64,000 nt of DNA from an uncultured Lentisphaerota bacterium. Lineage in GTDB: Bacteria; Verrucomicrobiota; Kiritimatiellia; RFP12; UBA1067. Shown piece after piece: positions 33,433-40,704 of this stretch (position 1 is the stretch's first letter; every line of letters begins with the position of its first letter). Below the pieces are notes generated by a model that worked only from the letters and a program-made list of their open reading frames with translations, made no database searches and was not told where the DNA came from. Where the stretch lies: NCBI GenBank assembly GCA_900320225.1, contig ONRL01000002.1, forward strand, positions 3,236 to 67,235, in the 5' to 3' direction. A program made the position numbers and the translations under genes.

Positions 33433-35096
33433 GGACCTTGAACACAGTAGACCTTTTCTGCGGCGCAGGCGGCGCATCCACAGGCATGGAGGACGCCTTG
33501 CACCGCATGAAACTGCACCACAAGGGGCTTGCAATAAATCATTGGGCCGTGGCCGTGGACACAATGCGCGCAAACCACCCCGACATTGACACCAAGCGCA
33601 TGAGCATTGAAGAAGCGGTGCCGGCCGACCTCGTTCCGGGCGGCGAGGTTGACTTGCTCTGGGCGTCCCCGTCCTGCACACACCATAGCCGCGCCAAAGG
33701 CGGCAAGCCGCGCAGCAACCAACTGCGCGCACAGCCGGAGCTTGTGCTGACATGGCTCGATCAGCTTTTTGTGCGCCGTATCATCATTGAGAACGTCCCC
33801 GAATTTGTGGATTGGGGGCCACTCTCGAAGGACGGCAAGCCGATTGAGAAATTAAAAGGGTCATGCTTTAGGGCTTGGGTCGCGGCTATCGAGGCGCGCA
33901 ATTACGCCGTTGAATGGCGCGTAGTGAATTGCGCCGACTACGGCGACGCAACGAGCCGCCGCCGATTTTTCCTTAAGGCCGTCCGGCGCGGGTGCGGAAG
34001 GATATGCTGGCCGGAGCCTACTCACGCCGAGAACCCGCAGCCGGATTTATTCCGCAAGCTGAAGCCGTGGCGCGGCGTCCGCGAGTGCCTTGACCTATCC
34101 GACACGGGCCGGAGTATTTTCAACCGCAAGAAGCCATTGGCAAAGAATACCCTCCGCCGAATTGCTGTCGGCTTGCGTAAGTTTTGCGGGCTTGATTTTC
34201 AGATGGATATGCTGGGTGCGGGCGAGAACGACGAAACGCGGGTATTGCCGACGACCGCGCCGTTGCGGACACAGCACACGGCGAACCGCACGGCCATCGT
34301 GCGCCAGTTTGTGGTGCGCATGAACAGGAACTGCGACGCCGAGAGCGTGGACGCGCCGCTTTCCACTACGACGACGAAGGAACACCACGCCTTGTGTTCG
34401 CCGCTCATTCTGGATCACTTCAAGAACGGCGAGGCACAGAGCGTGGACGCGCCTATTGGAACGCAGACGACGCACGACCGTTTCAGCATGGTTACGCCGT
34501 ATCTCATAACAGAGCAGACGAACAACGCGCCGCGAGGGATCGACAAGCCGCTCCGGACGCAGACGATGGTGTGCAAAGACTACCTCTGCACTCCGCTAAT
34601 TTTGGGGCAACAGGGTGGCGCGGCTTGCCGACCGATTGACGAGCCATGCCCGACGATTGCGACTGGCGGCGCGGTGCGGATGATTACGCCGCTTGTTTTG
34701 GGGCGCGACGCTTGCGCACAATGCCGCCCGGTGACGAAGCCCATGCCGACCCTTACTTGCGGCGGCGCGATGCGCGTAATCACGCCGCTGATCCTTGACA
34801 TGAGCCGACCAGGAGGAGCCGATGGCGGACACATCCGCACGGCGGACAAACCGATTCAGACCTTGACGACGTGTGACAACGTGCAGGGCGTTTTCCCCGT
34901 GTTGGAAGACGGGCGCGTGATCGACATCCGCATCCGTATGCTGAAGCCGTCCGAACTTGCGGCGGCGCACAGCTTCCCGAAGGACTACGTGCTTACGGGC
35001 AACCGTGGTGAACAGGTGAAGCAGATCGGGAACAGCGTACCAGTTATGACAGCCGCCGCCATGTGCGAGGCAGACTTTCGGGAGATGGCATCATGA
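33429..35096 (+). CDS. DNA (cytosine-5)-methyltransferase with a 7-fold tandem module array in the variable region (555 aa)
   Basis: Motif I DLFCGAGGAS, motif IV ASPSCTHHS, motif VI ENVPEF, motif VIII SRRRFF, motif X QIGNSVPV. Between motifs VIII and IX lie seven modules of about 32 aa (residues ~271-492), each with xP[LIMC]xT[QTLI][TA]. Confidence 0.85.
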   Translation: MRTLNTVDLFCGAGGASTGMEDALHRMKLHHKGLAINHWAVAVDTMRANHPDIDTKRMSIEEAVPADLVPGGEVDLLWASPSCTHHSRAKGGKPRSNQLRAQPELVLTWLDQLFVRRIIIENVPEFVDWGPLSKDGKPIEKLKGSCFRAWVAAIEARNYAVEWRVVNCADYGDATSRRRFFLKAVRRGCGRICWPEPTHAENPQPDLFRKLKPWRGVRECLDLSDTGRSIFNRKKPLAKNTLRRIAVGLRKFCGLDFQMDMLGAGENDETRVLPTTAPLRTQHTANRTAIVRQFVVRMNRNCDAESVDAPLSTTTTKEHHALCSPLILDHFKNGEAQSVDAPIGTQTTHDRFSMVTPYLITEQTNNAPRGIDKPLRTQTMVCKDYLCTPLILGQQGGAACRPIDEPCPTIATGGAVRMITPLVLGRDACAQCRPVTKPMPTLTCGGAMRVITPLILDMSRPGGADGGHIRTADKPIQTLTTCDNVQGVFPVLEDGRVIDIRIRMLKPSELAAAHSFPKDYVLTGNRGEQVKQIGNSVPVMTAAAMCEADFREMAS

Positions 35097-35254
35097 CGCC
35101 CGGCGATATCCCCTGCAACGCGCCATGCTCGTGGCGGTGGTGCCTCTTCTGGAGCGACGGGCACTGCACGGATAACGAGACGTGCGAGAAGCAGACGCAG
35201 ACGGATTTGGGCGAACCCGATGAACGGGACTACGGAGAGGCGGACGATGAATAG
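35093..35254 (+). CDS. Small Cys-rich acidic protein (53 aa)
   Basis: ATGA-coupled to the upstream gene. Confidence 0.4.
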   Translation: MTPGDIPCNAPCSWRWCLFWSDGHCTDNETCEKQTQTDLGEPDERDYGEADDE

Positions 35255-35531
35255 AAGCTACAACATGAACATTGACACGGGCGAAAAGACTTGGCTCACG
35301 CCGCGCTACATCATCGACGCACTCGGGCCGTTCGACCTCGACCCGTGTTGTCCGCCCAAAATGCCGTGGCGGACTGCGGCGGAGATGGTATGCCGCCCCG
35401 CCGACGGGCTCGCCGTGGACTGGCGCGGGACTTTGGCCCGTCTGCGCGAAAGCGGGCTTGTAGGGGCTTTGGTGCGGCTTAGAAGCGGCACAGACACAGA
35501 CAACAACAGTGAAACGGAGGACAACCAATGA
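35247..35531 (+). pseudogene. N-terminal fragment of a phage Dam-family N6-adenine MTase (motif IV and everything after it missing)
   Basis: WLTPRYIIDALGPFDLDPCCPP...ADGLAVDWRG matches the family's N-terminus (W.TP...f.lD...DGL..W.G). The sequence then diverges with no NPPY/DPPY motif in any frame. It ends at the RBS of the next gene. Confidence 0.5.
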
Positions 35532-36235
35532 GCAAAAAATACGAGTTCACAGGCGAGACGAAGGAGTGGTGTGGATGCACCCTGCACCGTATTCGCGCCG
35601 TCGTCTCGTTCGCCTATATCAAAGAGGGCGAGATGGGCGGATGGATCGAGACAGAAAGCAACCTATCCCATGACGGTAACGCGTGGGTCTCCGGCGACGC
35701 GAGTGTCTCCGGCAACGCGGAGGTCTCCGGCAACGCGAGGGTCTACGGCAACGCGTGGGTCTACGGCAACGCGGAGGTCTACGGCAACGCGTGGGTCTCC
35801 GGCGACGCGAGTGTCTCCGGCAACGCGGAGGTCTCCGGCAACGCGAGGGTCTCCGGCAACGTGAGAGTCTACGGCAACGCGGAGGTCTACGGCAACGCGG
35901 AGGTCTACGGCAACGCGTGGGTCTACGGCAACGCGAGGGTCTCCGGCAACGCGAGAGTCTCCGGCAACGCGAGAGTCTACGGCAACGCGGAGGTCTCCGG
36001 CGACGCGAGTGTCTCCGGCAACGCGGACTATGTTGTCTTTAAGAACTGCTGGTCGTCGATGCGGTGGTTTACCTATACGCGCTCCAACAAAAAGTGGAAA
36101 GTTGGGTGCTTCTACGGCACGGGCGAAGAGCTGATAAAGAAGGCGTACGCCGATTCCGAAAAGAGCGGCAAATGCTATGAGGCGATAGTCCGCGCGATGG
36201 AAACTATCGAGGCGGCGATAACCAAGGAGGACTAA
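35528..36235 (+). CDS. Hexapeptide-repeat (probable beta-helix) protein (235 aa)
   Basis: About 20 consecutive V-[SY]-G-[ND]-A-x hexads are flanked by unique N- and C-terminal domains (N: ...GGWIETESNLSHDGNAWV; C: ...YVVFKNCWSSMRWFTYTRSNKKWKVGCFYGTGEEL). Confidence 0.7.
   Translation: MSKKYEFTGETKEWCGCTLHRIRAVVSFAYIKEGEMGGWIETESNLSHDGNAWVSGDASVSGNAEVSGNARVYGNAWVYGNAEVYGNAWVSGDASVSGNAEVSGNARVSGNVRVYGNAEVYGNAEVYGNAWVYGNARVSGNARVSGNARVYGNAEVSGDASVSGNADYVVFKNCWSSMRWFTYTRSNKKWKVGCFYGTGEELIKKAYADSEKSGKCYEAIVRAMETIEAAITKED
35687..36028 (+). repeat. 19 tandem 18-bp repeats (consensus GTCTMCGGCAACGCGNRG), all in frame within the CDS
   Basis: Read directly from the sequence. The units differ at only 1-4 positions. 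A degenerate unit precedes the array at ~35669. Confidence 0.9.
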
Positions 36236-36237
36236 CA

Positions 36238-36825
36238 ATGGCTGAAACACAAGAGACAATCGCGGACATCATCGCGGAGATGCATAGATTCGCAAAGCAA
36301 CATGAGTATGACCATCCTGACATGGATACAAATGCTTGTGGCATAGAAGATTACGCCGACCGCCTGGAGGCGGCGTACGAGCGCGAGAAGGCCGCGATAG
36401 AGGCTGACGCGCTCGCTGTCGGCGGAGTCGTAGAGGCGGCGCACAGGCGCGAGCTTGCGGAGCGCGGCGACGCGGCGAAACTGCGCGAGGCGCTGCTGTC
36501 AATTAAAGAGCTTAACTTCGAGCACGAGGAGGACTGGTATGACTTTTATCGAATAATTGAGACCGCCCTTGCCGCGCCGCCGCGCAACTGCGAGTCTTTG
36601 GACGCGCCGAAAGATTGCAACGATAAAGCCATTCACGTATCAGACAGAGTCCACATGCTCAATACTGATTCTAGCGGCGACCACGAGTGGGATGACGAGG
36701 TTTGCTCGCTTGAGTTTGTGGGCGAAGGCGGTGGTGACACGTGGCTCGTTCATGGGCGCGAAGGAGCGGCGTGGGCGTGCGAGTGCGAGGTATTGAAGCA
36801 GGAAGGAGCCACCGATGCAGACTGA
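36238..36825 (+). CDS. Acidic hypothetical protein (195 aa)
   Basis: Intact ORF rich in Asp/Glu. Contains an APPRNCESLDAPKDC motif. Confidence 0.55.
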   Translation: MAETQETIADIIAEMHRFAKQHEYDHPDMDTNACGIEDYADRLEAAYEREKAAIEADALAVGGVVEAAHRRELAERGDAAKLREALLSIKELNFEHEEDWYDFYRIIETALAAPPRNCESLDAPKDCNDKAIHVSDRVHMLNTDSSGDHEWDDEVCSLEFVGEGGGDTWLVHGREGAAWACECEVLKQEGATDAD

Positions 36826-37192
36826 AATCGAGAGCGCGAGGGACGCGCTAGAGAAGTGCTACGAAATCGCCCTACAGTGGGAGGCCGACGAGCTGGCTGG
36901 CGTCGCCGGAACGACCGACAAGCCCGAGGCGCTGAGCGCAAGCGAGGCGTTGCTGGAGGTAGAGCGGCTGTGTAAAAGCGCGCTTGCCTTGCCCCGCCTC
37001 AACTGCGAGGTGGGGACGGCGGAGGAGCAGGCTGTGCGGTTTGGAAAGTTGTGCGACAAATACTACAACGAAGAGGAGTCGTGCAACAAGGAATGTCCGC
37101 TTGCGTCGCTTTCCATGATACCCGGATTCCCTCGATGCCACGCATACTGGGCGCAGATGCCCTATGAGGAAAAGGAAGGAGGAGAGGAATGA
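36815..37192 (+). CDS. Hypothetical protein (125 aa) with an LPRLNCEVGTAEEQAVRFGKLC motif
   Basis: Intact ORF with an 11-nt overlap onto the upstream gene. Confidence 0.5.
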   Translation: MQTEIESARDALEKCYEIALQWEADELAGVAGTTDKPEALSASEALLEVERLCKSALALPRLNCEVGTAEEQAVRFGKLCDKYYNEEESCNKECPLASLSMIPGFPRCHAYWAQMPYEEKEGGEE

Positions 37193-37644
37193 ATAGTTGT
37201 GTCAATATCGGCGGAAACGCCGTCAGTATTATGGGCCGCGAAAGCATAAACAAGCAATGCTACGAGTGTGCCAACTGCAAAGAGCCGACTACGGGCTGGG
37301 ACGGAAGCAAATTCCGATGCGCATTTCTCGGCAAAGACTTCGGCACATGGCACTATGATGTTCCAAATGAATGCCCATGCAAAGGAAAGGGATGGAAGCC
37401 CGAGAAGAAGGAAGAAAGGAGGCGAGAAATGAGCGAAGAGGTCATCGTGACGGGCGAGTTCGTCAAGAACGCGAAGCACCTATACCGCACGGCACTCCGC
37501 TTTGCAAAGGCGCAATACAACTGCTCTTGGGGGGCGACGATGGAGGAATGCGAAAAAATCGCAAGGAACCTCCGCCTGCTCCGCAAAGCGTTGACGCGCT
37601 TCAACCACGGCGTTGACCCGCTGACGGAAGGAGGCGCGAAGTGA
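37189..37644 (+). CDS. Cys-rich (zinc-ribbon-like) protein (151 aa)
   Basis: ATGA-coupled. Contains CYECANCKEP...FRCAFLG...NECPCKG and later YNCSWGATMEECEKI. Confidence 0.5.
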   Translation: MNSCVNIGGNAVSIMGRESINKQCYECANCKEPTTGWDGSKFRCAFLGKDFGTWHYDVPNECPCKGKGWKPEKKEERRREMSEEVIVTGEFVKNAKHLYRTALRFAKAQYNCSWGATMEECEKIARNLRLLRKALTRFNHGVDPLTEGGAK

Positions 37645-37958
37645 ATGACCCGACAATAGACATTTGCGACAACACCTACACGCGCAACACGACAACCGAC
37701 ATAGACAAGCGCCGAGAGTTCGGGCGGCTTGAGGGCCATACATCGAATACCGTAGGCCATCACTATTTGCGCTTAACGATGTCCGAGCCGCGAACACGCA
37801 CAGAATGGCGGTGGGGAGAGATTGCCAGGACAATAGGAGCGGACAAGGCAATCACTACCCGCGTCGGCATCCGCCTTCACGCAGGCCAGGTCAAGCAGTT
37901 GCGCGACTTCCTCAACAAGTGGCTGCAGTGCCACTATAAGGAAGGAGCCACAAAGTGA
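37641..37958 (+). CDS. Hypothetical protein (105 aa)
   Basis: GTG start with a GTGA overlap onto the upstream stop. Confidence 0.45.
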   Translation: MNDPTIDICDNTYTRNTTTDIDKRREFGRLEGHTSNTVGHHYLRLTMSEPRTRTEWRWGEIARTIGADKAITTRVGIRLHAGQVKQLRDFLNKWLQCHYKEGATK

Positions 37959-38848
37959 ACCCCGACATCGAATACGACTGGGCGGCGCACGACGCCCGCA
38001 TACGCGAGCACTACGCACACGCGAGGGAGAAGCACCCGTACTTCTGCGATATTATCGGAGACGACGGCTCGTCGTTTGACTTTGCGGGATGGCGACTTGG
38101 AGACTGCCGCAGGCGTCTGGTCCACGCAATAGAGGCAAACGTTGTTAGATGGGACGAGTTGCTGGATTGCGAGAAGTACGAAGCGATGGTGGAGATTCAG
38201 AACGGCCACGCCGCCGCCGCCGTGGAAGAGCTCTACGACTGCGTTGCGGTCCTCCTCCGCACAATCGATGTGCTGGAGGGCAGGCAGAAACTCGGGAAAC
38301 CAGGAAACGAAAAGGGTAGAGAAATGGAAAAGGGTAGAGAAATGAAACCAATACTTGATGCCTGCTGTGGCGGGCGAATGATGTACTTCGACAAGCACGA
38401 TCCCCGTGTGGTTGGGCAAGACATCCGCGTTGTTCCACGCCATAAGGTCGAAAGCAACGGCTCTTATTTTGAGGTATCCCCAGACGTTGTTGGCGACTTT
38501 CGCAAGATGGATTTCCCCGACAACTCCTTTTCGATGGTGATATTTGATCCACCGCACCTCAAGTGCGGCGAGACGTCGTTCATGTTCCACAAATACGGTT
38601 CGCTTGGCGCAACTTGGGAAGACGATCTCAAGAGGGGCTTCGCAGAGTGTTTTAGAGTGCTTAAGCCAAACGGCACACTCGTATTCAAGTGGTGTGACAG
38701 CTTTCGTTCTCTTGATATGGTCCTCGAATTGTCTCCGGAGAGGCCGGTAATCTCTCACAAGACCATTTCTCGCTCCGGCTCCAAGTACACTTATTTTGTC
38801 ATATTCATCAAATCGCCACAAGCCGAAACGAAAGGAGAAGCGAAATGA
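37955..38848 (+). CDS. All-alpha N-terminal domain fused in frame to a small class-I SAM-dependent DNA MTase (motif I ILDACCGG, motif IV VIFDPPH)
   Basis: GTG start after AAGGAAGGAGCCACAAA. The MTase half begins at MKPILDACCGGRMMYFD (internal ATGs at 38324 and 38342, each with its own RBS-like AAAGGG). No stop codon separates the two halves. Confidence 0.6.
   Translation: MNPDIEYDWAAHDARIREHYAHAREKHPYFCDIIGDDGSSFDFAGWRLGDCRRRLVHAIEANVVRWDELLDCEKYEAMVEIQNGHAAAAVEELYDCVAVLLRTIDVLEGRQKLGKPGNEKGREMEKGREMKPILDACCGGRMMYFDKHDPRVVGQDIRVVPRHKVESNGSYFEVSPDVVGDFRKMDFPDNSFSMVIFDPPHLKCGETSFMFHKYGSLGATWEDDLKRGFAECFRVLKPNGTLVFKWCDSFRSLDMVLELSPERPVISHKTISRSGSKYTYFVIFIKSPQAETKGEAK
38309..38344 (+). repeat. 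Perfect 18-bp tandem duplication GAAAAGGGTAGAGAAATG x2
   Basis: Copies at 38309-38326 and 38327-38344. The duplication encodes EKGREM-EKGREM and duplicates an RBS-plus-ATG unit at the domain junction. Confidence 0.9.
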
Positions 38849-39021
38849 TACTACGACTGATTGTAGCGTTCACGCGCTGGGCATGGGGCATCAGCCCCGC
38901 GTTCGTTACGGCGGATTCGGAAACGTGGTACATAGCCATGTATTTCGGCGCGCTCGTTGACGTTGCCGTTGTCACTATACTGATTGTCGTACTCGTAAAT
39001 TGGATGCAGGAAAGGAGGTAG
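38845..39021 (+). CDS. Small membrane protein (58 aa)
   Basis: ATGA-coupled. Sequence begins MILRLIVAFTRWAWGISPAFV...ALVDVAVVTILIVVLVNW. Confidence 0.4.
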   Translation: MILRLIVAFTRWAWGISPAFVTADSETWYIAMYFGALVDVAVVTILIVVLVNWMQERR

Positions 39022-39022
39022 C

Positions 39023-39151
39023 ATGAGGATTTATATTTCTGGTTGTATGACGGACCATCCCGACATCAACTGCCCCGCGTTCAGCGCGGAGGAGTTCGTG
39101 CCGACGCCGCATCCGAAGCCGAGGTTCCAGCAGGAGGAGCTGTTCAAATGA
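39023..39151 (+). pseudogene. 42-codon remnant resembling the N-terminus of a DUF4406 (deoxyribosyltransferase-like) protein
   Basis: MRIYISGCMTDHPDINCPAFSA matches the family's opening (M.IYI.GPMtG.p..N.paF.a). The rest of the fold is absent. Confidence 0.35.
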
Positions 39152-40680
39152 GTACACTATTCCTTGGCGATTGCCTCGACGTGATGCACCATCTCGCCGA
39201 CAACTCAATCGACTCCATCGTTACCGACCCACCGTATGGCCTCGGTTTTATGGGCAAGGACTGGGATCACGGCGTCCCAGGTGTTGCCTTCTGGCAGGAG
39301 GCCCTGCGCGTCGCAAAGCCCGGGGCGCACCTACTCGCGTTCGGCGGGACGCGCACATACCACCGCCTCGCCTGCGCCATAGAGGACGCGGGGTGGGAGA
39401 TACGCGACTGTATCATGTGGGTATACGGAAGCGGCTTCCCGAAGTCTATGGACGTCGCAAAAGCCATCGACAAGATGCGTGGCAACAGCCAAAGATTCCA
39501 GCGCATGTATGCAGAGGCAGTTCGCGAATCAGGGCTAAATCACGCAGACATCGACCGTAGGCTCGGGATAAAATCATCGTCATGCTATTGGGTTAGGGAA
39601 GATGACCGCAAGAGTTTCCCGACGAAAGAAAACTGGGAAAATCTTAAGACCTTTCTTCCGCTCCCTGATAATGCCGATGAAATTTACGAAGAAGCCGCGC
39701 GAAAAGACAGGGAGGTTTCCGATGTGGGGGCAAACAGGGTGTTCCAACCTTCTCAAACGGTAATCAACCCCGGCACGCCCGCCACTCACGAAGCCGCCGC
39801 GTGGAACGGCTGGGGCACTTGCCTTAAGCCCGCACTAGAGCCCATCGTCGTCGCCCGCAAGCCCCTCGAAGGGACCGTCGCCGCCAACGTCCTCAAATAC
39901 GGCACGGGCACAATCAACATCGACGCCTGCAGGGTGCCGACGGAAGAGACTTGGACACATGGAGCAACACCAACAAAGCCGCGTGGAGAGTTCGACGGAA
40001 ACTGGAAGCGCATTGAACAGTCCTCCAACGGTAAGGGCCGCTTCCCCGCGAACCTCGTCCACGACGGCTCTCCCGAAGCCCTCGCCGCATTCCCCGATAG
40101 CAAAGGTCAGTGCGGAGCAATTAAAGGCACTGAGCCGAGCGAATCAACGCGCGGCATCTACGGCGAATTTTCGGGCAACCGCGTCCCGAACACGCCTCGA
40201 GGCGACACGGGCTCCGCATCGAAGAACACAACGTCATTACACCCCTTTCCGGCAATCCCGCCGGGAACTAGGAAACCAAACAACAAAGGAAAAACTACAA
40301 TGAGCAAGAAAAAGACAAACCCGCTCGACCATGTGTTCGGCGGCACCGAATACCTCAAGGCCAAGTTCGACGACATCGACGAGGCCGTAGTCTCGAAAAA
40401 GTCGAAACAGGCCAAGGACGTCAAGGCGCTCGTAAAGAGGCTTGCGACCGACAAGGACAGGATGTACGCCTATGCAGTCATCAAGACGGCTGGCAAGGCC
40501 GATGGCAAGCCTGTCTCTGGCTACGTTGTCCACGTCGCGATGGGGCTCAACGGCCCGGGAATGGGCTCCGACTACGCCGCCGCACTGAAACGCCTGCTCG
40601 ACACCGGCAAGTTCTGTCTGCTCGATGCGTGGATCGACGCCGTTGACGACCTCTGGGACTTCATCCTGTCCGTCAAGTAA
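39148..40680 (+). CDS. N6/N4 DNA MTase (beta-class, DPPY first) lacking its C-terminal AdoMet-binding part, read through in frame into an unrelated 126-aa module
   Basis: LGDCLDVMHHLADNSIDSIVTDPPYG, FGGTRTYHR, GSGFPKS, EPIVVARKP, GRFPANLVHD and GDTGSAS are all present. The expected ...RFFY...HPTxKP...DPFxGSGTT tail is missing. An internal ATG at 40300 with RBS AACAAAGGAAAAACTACA looks like an independent gene start. Confidence 0.55.
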   Translation: MSTLFLGDCLDVMHHLADNSIDSIVTDPPYGLGFMGKDWDHGVPGVAFWQEALRVAKPGAHLLAFGGTRTYHRLACAIEDAGWEIRDCIMWVYGSGFPKSMDVAKAIDKMRGNSQRFQRMYAEAVRESGLNHADIDRRLGIKSSSCYWVREDDRKSFPTKENWENLKTFLPLPDNADEIYEEAARKDREVSDVGANRVFQPSQTVINPGTPATHEAAAWNGWGTCLKPALEPIVVARKPLEGTVAANVLKYGTGTINIDACRVPTEETWTHGATPTKPRGEFDGNWKRIEQSSNGKGRFPANLVHDGSPEALAAFPDSKGQCGAIKGTEPSESTRGIYGEFSGNRVPNTPRGDTGSASKNTTSLHPFPAIPPGTRKPNNKGKTTMSKKKTNPLDHVFGGTEYLKAKFDDIDEAVVSKKSKQAKDVKALVKRLATDKDRMYAYAVIKTAGKADGKPVSGYVVHVAMGLNGPGMGSDYAAALKRLLDTGKFCLLDAWIDAVDDLWDFILSVK

Positions 40681-40704
40681 CACACAGCACAAAGGAGAAC
40701 AGCA

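Noticed and set aside
35687-36028. Possible CRISPR array or non-coding satellite
   Set aside because: The repeats are directly abutting with no spacers, are only 18 bp long, and lie in frame inside a well-supported CDS. No cas genes are present.
35663-36259. Alternative-frame and antisense ORFs over the 18-bp repeat array (35663..36259 minus, 35683..36042 plus, 35571..35864 plus)
   Set aside because: An 18-bp in-frame repeat keeps every frame open. Only the 35528..36235 frame has an RBS, an ATGA coupling to the upstream gene, and non-repetitive N- and C-terminal domains.
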